From positions 558,001-622,000 of the forward strand of contig OY253682.1 of the NCBI GenBank assembly GCA_958009085.1: DNA of 64,000 nt. The letters are read 5' to 3'. Positions 13,301-25,300 of this stretch are shown here, in pieces. Origin of the DNA: Protoeuglena noctilucae (Eukaryota). A program made the translations under genes and the position numbers. Numbering within the stretch: the stretch's first letter is position 1; every line of letters starts with the position of its first letter. The notes below the pieces were generated by a model. The model searched no databases. It worked only from the letters and a program-made list of their open reading frames with translations, and was not told where the DNA came from.

Positions 13301-16300
13301 CAAGGCGACCATCACGGTCAACTTCGACGTGGTGCCCGTCAACGACGTCCCCGTCATCGCCGTCACGAGCGCCCCGACGTACCTGGAGCAGTCGGACCCG
13401 ATCCCGATCTTCACGACGCCCACGGTCGCACTCAAGGACGGTGACCCAAGCACAGCCTCGGACATCACGCAGCCGGAGAACCGCCTCGTGCAGCTCAAGG
13501 TCACGCTGGCGGGAGGCGCCACGGGGCTCAGCTGCTCGGGCGCGACCGGCCAGGCCATGACGTGCGCCGTGTCGGCGGGCGGCAACGTGGTGACCCTCAC
13601 GTCCCCCATGCCCATCCTGCCGACGTCCGTCGTGGCCGCCATGGTGGCCCTGGTGCGCTACCAGAACACCTCGTGCGACGCGCTGCAGAGCGGGTCGGTC
13701 GGCGCGACGGTGGCGGTGACGGACGAGCTGGGCGCCACGGGCCAGTCGCCTATGACCATCACGCTCACGGGCATCTTCGACCCGCCCAAGCTGGCCAACA
13801 CGACCACGGTGACGGACACGGTCGGGGAGACGCAGTTCAACCCCAACGGCTACCTGCCCTTTGCCAGCGGGAGCGTCTTTGACGAGACCACAACCGTCGA
13901 CATTGAGTTCGGCCTGGGGTGCAGCCCCACGAGCCTGACGGACGGCTGCGACGCGTTCGACGGCGCCAAGGACGTCCTGCAGACGCTCGTCCTCTCCGTG
14001 GCTGCCGGCTACCCGCAGAGCGCGCTGTCATGCAACGGCCTCCCGGGCCCCGTGCAGCCGCCCCCGGGCACCACGGTGACCTGCCAGGCCACGGCCACGA
14101 GCGTGACGCTCAGTTACATCGGCACGGGCACCAACGACGTCCCGGACGTGTCCCTCGCGCTCAAGAGCCTCCTCTACACCAACACGGGCCTCTCGCTGTG
14201 CGGCGGCGGGCCCCTGGACGCCAACCAAGACACGGTGCTGCTGTCCGTGACGCTGACCGACACGGCCAACGAGTCGTGGTCGCTGGCCAACAAGTTCAGC
14301 CTGGGCGTCACCACGGTCAACTCGGCGCCCGTCGTCACCAACGCGACCTTCGTCGACAAGCACTTCCTGGAGCAGTACTCCGACAACGGTGCGGAGGACA
14401 ACCAGCACGTGCCCATGGCCATCTTCGCCATGGGCGAGGTCCGCGTGCGCGATGTGGACAGCTGCGACCTCCTCGCCTCCGTGAGCGTCCAGATGACGCC
14501 CCCGGCCACCACCGGCGACCTCGGCCTGCTCACGTGCGGCACGGCGGCCGAGGCCGTCTCGCCCCTCTACTTCGACGCGGCCACGGGCGCCCTCATGTCC
14601 CTCCCGGCCCTCGTGCCCGGCTCTCCCTACTTCCAGTGCTCCTTCTCGGGCACGGGCTCCAGCTCCCTCGCCACCGTGACCAAGGTCGTGTTCAAGTCGA
14701 CCGGCACCTTCGCGCCCACGACCATGACCGAGGCCGACGCGGCCGCGGCCCTCACGCTCGTGCGGTACGAGAACGAGTCGGATCACCCCGTGGCCGGGCA
14801 GTACACGGTTCAGGTCAAGGTGACGGACGCCGGGGACCATGGGAGCGACCACACGCCCCGCGACTCTGGGTGGGTGCCCATCACGCAGAACGGCTACTCG
14901 TTCGATGTCACGCCCTCCAACGACCCCCCCGTGTACTGCACCGACCCCGGGCCGTACTACCACAAGCACCCGCCGCACGTGACCCCGGCCGCGGCCTTCG
15001 CGCCCGTCACGTGCGCCAACGCGGCCAACTGCGGCTGCGTCAGCGCGGTCACGCTGACCGACTACTCGGACTTTGTCGAGGCTGGTGCGGGCGGCGTGGG
15101 TGCCAACTCGGCGCCTCTGCTGGTGGGGTCGGAGATCCCGTACCTCGACGACGCGGACCTGGTCGGTCCCTGGACCATGACAATCGTGCTGCTGTGCAAC
15201 GGGCAGTGCCACCCCGGCGACACCATCTACTGGACGGACGGCACCACCCGCATCGACGGGACGGCCGTGAACGACACGCGGCGCGTGGTTCTGACGGCCA
15301 CGACAGTCGACGTGGCACGCACGCTCCTCCAGCAGCTGGTCTACTACAGCACCGACGACCACCCCAGGGCGGGCTACCGCGACGTGCTGGTGACGGTCGC
15401 GGACCCCCTGAACGGCACCTGCACGCTGTCGTCCAAGATCCAGATCACGCCCACCAACGACACGCCCCAGTGGAACGGCCGGTACGACTGCTTCGCGGGC
15501 GGCAACAACGCCGTCAACCTGACGCTCAAGTCCACCAGCACCTTCTCCATCTACGGCGGATCGGCGCTGCAGTCCTTCCTGGCCGTCAACCTCGCGCCGG
15601 CGCTGGGGTCGTGCACGGTGGTCAACGTGGCGGTGCAGGCCACCATCACCCACCCGCTCGTGTCCGACCTGGCCGTCAACCTCCGCGCCCCCAAGGGTCA
15701 GTCCGCCAAGCTCCAGGCCGGCCTGCCCCCCGTGGCGTGGTCCAGCGTGGCGGTCAAGTACCAGGACGGCGGCCCGGCCGCGCCCACCACGGCGCTGAGC
15801 AGCACGAGCGTCGTCATGGCGCCCCTGACTCCCCTGGCCACGACGTTCGCGGGGATCGACCCCACGGGCATCTGGACGCTGGAATTGGACGACTCGGAGG
15901 CGGGGCAGACGACGAGCTCCGTTGGCACGCTCAACGGATGGGGCGTGGTCTTTAGCCTCTCCTGCTCGGCGCCCAACACGACGTCGCCCTGCCAAGACTA
16001 CACGGCGCAGTACACGGAGAAGGACGTCGTGACCCCCGGCCCCGACCGAGGCGTCTCCTTCACGCGCCTCCTCGGGTCGTACCCCACGTACGTGCAGGAT
16101 GACAGTGCGCTGGCGGCCGGCCTCAAGATCACCATCCAGGGCACCGCCGCCTCGACCGACTTCATGTACGACATGCTCACGTGCGGCACGACCGTGTACC
16201 ACGGGACCGCCAACTGCGCCCAGGGGTCCGCCTGGGACGTCAACCGCTACCTGACGCCCTTCGACGGCATCGCGTGCGGCCAGGCGGCGCTCCGGGACGC

Positions 16301-19300
16301 CTCGGGCAACCCCACGCCGATCGTGACGTACCTGACCCCCGACATCGCCTGCACGTACGTCTACCCCACGCTCACCATCGCCCCCGCCACGTCCACGTCT
16401 CCGCCCCTGACCCTCTCGACCCTTGACCCCCTGCTGGGCAGCGTCTACTTCAGCACCTGGACGGACGCCCCCAGTGCCACGCCGCGCACGGTGGCCCTGT
16501 CGGTGACGGACGTCCCCGACGCCGACAACTACTGCCCGACGTCGTGCACGGCGCCGTGCGTGCCCTGCGCCCAGACGGGCGGCAGCACGGTCTACGTGAA
16601 CGTGACGCCCACCAACGACCCCCCGCCCGTCGTCACCTGCCCCGGGCTGAGCCTGGTGGAGCAGGTGGCCGACACGACGGGGCCGATCTTCTGCGACTCG
16701 TCTACGTCCGTCACGGACTACGACTCGCCGCTCCAGGAGATCCTGTCAGTCTACATCGTCATCACCAAGAACTTCGACGCGACCCAGGACGAGCTGCTCT
16801 ACGTCCCAGCCAGCCCGTCGCTGTGCCCGGCGGTCGACACGTCCGCGACGCCCCTGCCCTCGTCGCAGGGCGTGCTGCCCAACTGCCAGTTCGACTGCAG
16901 CGTCGCGGCGGCCATCCTGGGCAACCCGCTCCCGAGCACGCCCACCGAGTGCTGGCAGGCCATCGAGGGCCCTCCCGCCACCGAGGGCCAGGTGTTTGTG
17001 GTGTGGTGGCAGTCGGAGGGCCGCCTGTCTATCAAGGGCACGGTCACGCTGTCTCACGACGAGACCACGGCTATCCTCAAGCGCATCACGTACGACAACC
17101 CCAGCAACACGCCCTCGGGCCTGCAGCGCATCGCCACCGTCACGACGTTCGACGACAGCGGCGTGCAGAACACGGTCATTAACGTGCCCATCCAGATCAC
17201 GCCCATCAGCGACCCGCCCAAGGTCAACCTGGCCACCAACTGGTCGGTCAAGTGGGTCGAGTCGCCCGACGGTCGCAACGTGACGGTTCAGCTCCTGCCG
17301 CCCGCCGCCTACGTGAGCACGTCCGACATCCCCGGGGGCCTCCACGACCCAGACAGCTACGTCCAGGCCGCCCTGAGCATGGTGAACGAGGGCACGGGCA
17401 CCATCCGGTGCTTCGACGCCACCGGCACGACCCCGGCCACCACGGCGGGCATCTTCACGTGCCTGGAGGACGGCGACGGCATCCGGCTGGTGCGGTACAT
17501 GAACGGCGTCGAGTACGGCGGCCTCGACACGGACCTCAAGGCGGCCCTGTCATACGTCTTCTACCAGGACAACAACCAGAACCCGATCGAGGCCAACTCG
17601 CCGCCCTCCATCCCGGTGACCCTCACGCTCGAGGACATGGACTCTGACATGCCGCTGTCGGAGAAGTACGTGTCGACCAGCTTCACCCTCTACATCCAGT
17701 CGTACAACAACGCGCCGGTCGTGGACGCGCCCCTCACGGCCATCAACTTCTCCGAGCTCTACAACCAGGGGCAGGCGTTTGACGTCTACCCTGCGGGGTC
17801 GGTGCTCGTGTCGGACGTGGACAGCCAGACCAAGATCCAGTGCGCCCAGGCGCAGCTGTTCGCGCCGCCGGGCAGCCGCGACCCCGGCCAGCTCATGTGC
17901 GGCACGGACCCGACGGCCCTGGCCAAGGCGGTGGCGGTGGACAGCGTGGGCACGACAGTGCTGGCGCTGGCCTACTCGCTGACCACGGGGGCCGCGGTGG
18001 ACCCGGCCACGGCGACGGACGCTACGCTAGCCTTCTGCGAGGTGCAGGGCTACACGCGCGGCACCGGTGGGGCCTGGTCTCTGACGGGCACGCGCGCCAT
18101 CCGCGTGCGCCACCGCACCCGCGCCACCAACGGCACGGCCACCTGGTGGGCGGACGCGGACATGACCACGGCCGACGCGGCGGCGCTGGTGGAGGCATAC
18201 TTGCTGTACTTCAACACGAGCGACCTGCCCCGCGTCACGACCACCGTGCCGTACCAGATTCAGCTGACGGTCATGGACGACGGGGACAACCTCAACGACC
18301 CCTCGCCCGAGTCTGGCAGCGGCGCGTCGCAGCTCACGATCACCGACTTCGAGGACCCCCTCGTGCTGTGCATCCTCACGGCCGCCTGCCCCGCCAGCAA
18401 GCTGGGCCAGGCCGCCAACTGCGCCGACCCCAACGTGCTGTGCCCGGTGCCCCAGGACGTGCTGCCCGACCTCGCCTGCAGCTGCTACTCGAACAATCCG
18501 CAGAACCGGTACGCCCAGTTCACCACGCTGCACCCGACCCCGCCCCAGTCGGCGCCCTACAGCCCCACGTACGTCGAGATGAGCGCGGGCGTGAACATCT
18601 TCCCGGTGCAGAACGCGGCGTGGGACCCGACGGTCGGCACGGGCTTCAACAGCGTGCCGCTCAGCCACGTGTACCTGATCGACTGGGAAACGGCCGACGG
18701 CCGTGGGATCACCGCCTCGGTGTCCCTCGCCCCCGGCTCGCCCACTAACGGAGAGGACCTCTTCACGACCTGTACCGCCACCAGCGGCCCGTGCGGCGCA
18801 GCGCTGACGGCCGGGCAGCTCGCGTCCTTCACGACGTTCCCGTCTGCCGGGGTGGTGCAGCCCCTGTCCGAGTCGGCGGCTCTCGCCACCATCTCCTACA
18901 CGCACGACAACACCAAGCCGGACGCCCAGGACCTCAGCGACCTGCGCCCGCGCGAGGTCAAGCTCGAGTTCACCAAGAGCCTGAACAACGACACGAGCAA
19001 GCGCGCCCAGGTGCACGTGCAGGTGCAGCTGCAGCCCGTCAACAGCCCCCCGACCATCTCGGTGGTGCCCACCGGGCCCAGCTCCCCCTCGTCGGCCAAC
19101 GCGCGCTTCATCGAGGGCGACACCCCCTGGACGCCCGTCACCCTCGCCACCGTCCTGGGCGCCACCGGCAACTACTTCCGCCTGAGCGTGTCGGACGTGG
19201 AGCAGCGGGGCTTCCGCAACGCGCCCTCGTGCGACCCGACGCAGACGACGAGCGCGTGCTACTTCGCCGAGGTGTCGCTCACGGTCAACCAAACGGGGCA

Positions 19301-22300
19301 GGGCCACCTCCTATGCCCGGCCACGACGGTGGCGCAGGTCGGGTGCGCGCTGATCGACGATTTCACGCTCCGCTTCTACTTTACCGACGTGGCCTTCACC
19401 AACGGGGTCCTGACGCCCGCCATGGCGCAGCAGGAGGCGCTCATCGGCCAGGCCCTGAACGACTACGTGGTTTACTCCAACCGCGGCGACGACCCCACCG
19501 CCGGCACGAGCAAGTTCACCGTCACGCTGTGGGATGACGGCGACCAGATCGACGCCCCCGCGAGCACGACCCTGCCGGTGCCATTCCAGGTCGTTCCTGT
19601 GAACGACGTCCCCGTCATTGTCACCACCAGCGCGCCAACGTATCTGGAGCAAGAGGATCCCATCGCGGTCTTCGTTCCGGGTACCACGAGCCTCAAGGAC
19701 GGTGACTCGAGCACCGACGCCGACGTGACCAAGCCCGAGAACCGCCTGGTGCAGCTGGACGTGGCGCTGCCGGCCGGCAAGACGGGCCTCAGCTGCGCGG
19801 GCGTGTCGCTCGGCCCGCTGACGTGCCAGGTGCTGAACAGCGGCAACGCCGTGCGGCTGCACACGGCGACGGGCACGGCCACGCCGACCCAGGTCGTGGC
19901 GGCCATGGAGGGCCTGGTTCTGTACCAGAGCCCCGATGGCGATGCGCAGCAGAGCGGGACGCTGTCGGTCGCCGTGACCGTCACGGACGACATGGGCGCC
20001 ACGGGGCAGTCGTCGTGCGCCATCACGCTCGTGGGCATCTTCGACCCCCCGCGGCTGTCGTACACGACCGAGGTGCAGCGCACCCTCGCGGAGCCCCAGT
20101 TCAAGAACGGCTACGAGCTCTTCGCGTCCGGCAACATCCTGGACGCCAGCACGTTCGTCCCCATCGTCTGGGGCCTGGGGTGCATCTCGGAGAGCCTCGT
20201 GGACGGCTGCGACGCCTGCGACGGCGCGCACGACGTGATGCGCACGCTCACGCTGACCGTGACGGGCAACGCCTTCGACCAGCACCGCCTCTACTGCAAC
20301 ACGCTCCCGGCGATGGGCCAGCAGGGCCCCAACGACCTCGTCACGTGCGACACGGCGGCCACCGGCGCCGGCGTCACGCTCACCTACCTGGGCGGCGGCG
20401 GCGACGGCCGCGCCGCCATGACGGCCGCCATCACCAACGTGCTGTACGTCAACACGGGCAGCATGCTGTGCGGCAGCTGCCTCTACTCCCTCGCCAACGG
20501 CAGCTTCGAGAGCTGGAACAGCGCCTTCCCGGCCGCCTTCAGCGAGTGGACGATCGAGAGCTCGATGAAGGTCTTCCGCCTGTGCAGCTCGTCCGCCGCC
20601 AACTACTACACCACCCCGGCCTTCGTCGTCCCCACGGGTGGCAACCCCTGCATGGGCATGAACTACTTTGCGTCCCTGCTTGGGTCCAACCAGTCCACCA
20701 CGCCTCTCCCCGACGGCGCGGCGGCGCTGGACCTTCCCTTCGACGGCAGCGGCGGCAAGGCGACCGTCATGAGCAGCGTCTACGCCCCGATGACCGACAA
20801 GGTCCTGCGCCTGCACTTCCACATCAACGCGTCGCTGCAGGTGGGCGCCCAGGCGCGCCATTTCAGCATAATGCTGCAGGACGTCGACGGCAACGAGCTG
20901 CAGCGCACGCTCGTCCTGTCGGCGGAGGCGGGCCAGTCGACCACGGTCGTGGACGCGAATGGCAACTCCGCCTTCATCGGCTATGAGGTCCCGCTGGCTG
21001 CCGTCACGGCGCCCTTCCGCATCGTAATCGAGTCGTCCGTGCCCGAGGCCTTCACGGGACCGGGAGAGCTCATCGTCGACAACCTCGTCTTCGCCGCGCC
21101 CAACGACCCATGGTCCCCCAACCTCGGCGTCGTGGCGCCCTCCCCGTCCCCGTCGGGCCTCTCGTGCGTGCGGACGGCGCCCCTGGCCACCCTGCCCCAG
21201 ACGTACCTGAACGCTCGCACCGCCGAGCTCGCCACCCTCGCCTCCGGGCGCCGGCTGCGCGAGTACGAGGACTGGGTGCTGCCGGTGGGCCACCCCGCGC
21301 GCCGCCGGCTGATGGCGGCCCACCCGCAGATCTGCCAGCTGTCGGCCCGCAACGCCAACGCGGACGGCTTCGACCTGCAGATATCGATGACGGACACGGC
21401 CAACGAGACGTGGACCAACAAGTCGTTCCACGTGCAGATCGCCACCGTCAACGACGCTCCCGTCGTGCGCCCCACCAACGCGGGCTTCCACGTCAAGCAC
21501 TGGGTCGAGTTCGACCCCGTCAAGGCCGTCCCCGTCAACCGCGGCGTCCCCTTCGCCTTCCTCCTCCAGGACGAGATCCGCATCACCGACGTCGACAGCT
21601 GCGACCGCATCCAACGCGTGGACGTGTCCCTGGCGGTGCCGGCCAATGCCACGGCCGACGTCGGCGCCCTCATGTGCGGCAGCGACGCCACGGCCACCTC
21701 GCCGGTGCTCTATAACCCCGCCACGATGGCGCCCCTGCCAGCCACCTCGGTGGCCACGGGCGGCACAGTCCTCATGTGCACCTTCTCCGGCCAGGGCAGC
21801 GCCTCGACGGTCACCTTCCTCAAGCGCACGAGCAACGGGCAGCCCGACATGACCACCTGGCCGGCGGTGGACATGACGCAGGACGAGGCCAACAGCGCCG
21901 TGCTGCTGCTGCGCTACTTCAACGCGTCGACCAACCCCCAGGGCGGCCAGTACACGGTCACGATCAAGGTCACGGACGACGGTGACCACGGGTCCGACAC
22001 GGCGCCCAAGTCGACGAGCCTGGCCCTGGTCGAGTCCACCACGCTCAACTTCACGTTCGACGTGACACCCTACAACGACCCGCCCCGCTGCGGCACCCCG
22101 CCGGCCGCCTGCCCGCCGGACATCTACCTGTCCGACAACGTCGTGTTCGTCGAGATGGGACCGGACGCGAGCGGCACGGACCCGTGCCCCACGTGCACCA
22201 ACGCGGCTCGCAACGTGTTCATGGTCGACGCCGCCACTGAGTCTGCGCCGCTCCTCGTCAAGTCCACGCTCCCCACCGTGACGCTGCTCAACCCCGCGAC

Positions 22301-25300
22301 CTTCTCCCTCGACGTGACGTTCACGGGCCCCACGAGCGCGGGCGATCCGAACGACAGCCTCGTCTACACATCGGCGAGCGGCGTCGCGCAGACCGGCACG
22401 TCCCTGCACTTCGTCAACCAGCAGATGTCTGACATCATGGGCGTCATCCTGCCCGGCATCCAGCTCCGCAATCCCTCGGACACCCCGCTGGGCGGACTGC
22501 GCGAGTTCACAGCCGTCATCACGGGCACGACGTCCGTCATCACCATCCACGGCAAGATCCTCGTCGTCCCCACCAACGACATCCCCAAGTGGGTCGCGCA
22601 GGCGCCCCCGGTGCAGTACATTGAGGCCACCTCGGCCGGCGCCCCCGGGACGTGCGCGGCGGGGTCCGGCCCCGACCGTAGCGTGACCTTCATGCCCGTC
22701 TGGCCCAACCTCAAGGTCGCCGACGACTCCAAGCTCCTCGACCGCGTCGTCTTCACCATCGCCGCCACCACCTCCCCCACGGGCTCGCCCTGGGACCTCC
22801 TGGCCTGCTCCCCGCCGGGCGCGGCGCCCACGCTCGGGTCTTGCGTGCCCTCCCACTGGGTGGCCGTGTCCAACGGCGCCTCGCCGCCCGTCTCCGGGTA
22901 CCTCGCCCCCAGCGACTACATGGCGTGCGTGCAGAACCTCATCTACCCCAGTGCCAACCCCGCCTCGGGTCGGTCCGAGGTGGTGACGTACCTCGACACG
23001 GCGCAGGCCTTCAAGTGCTCGTTCGGCAAGGACGGCACGCCCACGCTCGTGGTTTCCAAGGCGGACGGGTCCGGCATGACGCTGGCGGAGCTCAACGCCC
23101 AGATGGGCGGCGTGAGCTTCAGCATTTGGTACGACCACCCGGCCGCCGCCACGCGCACGATCAACGTGACCGTGTTCGACCGCGCTGACCCGGACGCCGT
23201 GGGCTGCAAGGCGCCCTCGGCCGCGGGCAACGTGTGCGACCTGAAGAAGGACGGGTGCTCGTGGGCCACCCCTCCGCCCGACCTGTCGTGCGCCTGGCAG
23301 GTGCCCACGACGTGCCTGGCCTGCCCCCAGAAGAGCGCCACGATGCCCGTCACCGTCTCCATCACGCCCAAGAACGACCCGCCCGCCGTGTCGACGTGCG
23401 CGACGCTGAACGTCCTCGAGAACCCCACGGCGGACCCCTCTCCTGGGAACCTCTTCTGCCCCGGCACGACCATCACCGACTACGACGACACGGACACGTC
23501 CGCGGATGGCGTGTCGTCCATCAGCGTCGTCTTCACCAGCGGGTACCAGCCCACCGAGGACCTCCTTTCAGTGGCCGACGGCACGTGCGGGGTGCTGGGC
23601 AACTCGACGGCGTGCACGGTCACGTGCGCGATGGCCGCGAGCGACACGGGCGACGCGGCGCACTTCGCGAGCGCCACCCAGTGCTTCCGCCTGACCAACG
23701 ACGCTAGCGGCCCCACTCGTGTCTATGCCGCCTGGTCTGCCGGCCCCGGCACGCTGTACATCCGCGCGGGCGGCGTCATGTCCGCCGCCACTGCCGCCGT
23801 GGCCATGCAGCGAGTACTGTACGTCAACACGGCACCCTACACGCCCAAGACGAACCCGCGCCTGCTGACGGCGACGGTGGTCGACGGCCCCGGCGCCTGC
23901 ACCCAGGTGCAGATCACGGCGACCATCACCCCCGAGAACGACCCGCCGCACCTGACGAACCTCCCCGACACGGTGCAGTTCTACGAGTCTGGGCTGTGGT
24001 CGACCGAGTACACGCCCGACATGCTTAACCACGACACGGCCGTGGGCCAGGGGGCGTACTACTGGGACCCCGACTCGTCCTACAGCATGTTCGCGCTCGT
24101 GACCATCGCGCTCAACTACTCGGGGTACCCCACACGGACCGAGGACAACCTGGGATGCACGACGGGGCTCATGAACGAGTACGTTCAGAGCCTGCAGTGT
24201 CAGGTGGCGGCGCTGTACGGCTACGCCATGCCCGGGTGCCCCGCGCTCACGGGCCCGGCGGTGTGCCAGGGCAGCCAGCTGCCCGACCACCCCTGCGACA
24301 ACTCATGCGTCGACGCGGCTTCGACCGCCACGTGCAAGTCCCTCAAGCAGAGCCTGCTGGACACGACGGCCTACTACGAGTCTCTCGGGTCCATCGAGGG
24401 CCTCTCGCTCCGCTGCGACTTCGCCCCGGTCACCGGCGCCCTCTACATCTGCTGGCCGCGCGACCCCAACACGCTCTGCTACAAGGAGGTGCCCTGCGCG
24501 GACGGCTCCGGCGCCATCTGCGACGCCACCAAGCTCCCGCCCATTGAGACATACGCCATCCCGATCCCCGTGATGAACGCCGTGCTCCAGACCATCTATT
24601 ACGAAAACACGAACGACAACCCCAACCCGACCCCGCGCCGGCTCAGCTACACGGTGTGGGACTGCTACGACGACGTGGACTCGGGCATGACCGTCACGGC
24701 GCCCGGCGGCAGCGCCATCACCCCGCCGCCCGGCAGCACGGCCACCCTGCCGCCCGGGGAGCTCTTCACGCCGGCCCCCGGCACGACGGTGCACCCGCGC
24801 ATGTGCAAGTGCACAGAGAGCGACCCTCAGAAGTGCTTCGACACGGCGTTGGACGCGCAGCTGAACCCCACGATCATCATCCACCGCACCAACGACCGCC
24901 CGGGCCTCCTCGGCCAGGGTTCGGGCGTGGTGGTGTACGAGGGCCCGGACCCGACGTCCGGCCCCAGCTTCACCAAGGTGCTCACGGACGTGAAGGTAGT
25001 CATGATCGACTCCCTCTACATCCAGCGGGCCTCCATCGAGGTGCAGCAAGTCACGGCGGGCGAGGACGAGCTGGCCTGTTTGGATACTACAGGCACGCCG
25101 TACGTGTTCTGGTGCGTCAGCACCGACCCCGCCGGGGCCCCGCACATGGTGCCCTCGACCCAAGTGACCCTCACGAACGCGCCGGTCCCGTCGTCCTGCA
25201 ACGTGCTCGCCCTCCCCATCGCGTGCGGCACGGCCGCCGGCTGCAACGTCTCCCAGGTCCCTCCCGCCTGCTACAGCATCTTCACCGCCGTGGGGTGCGC

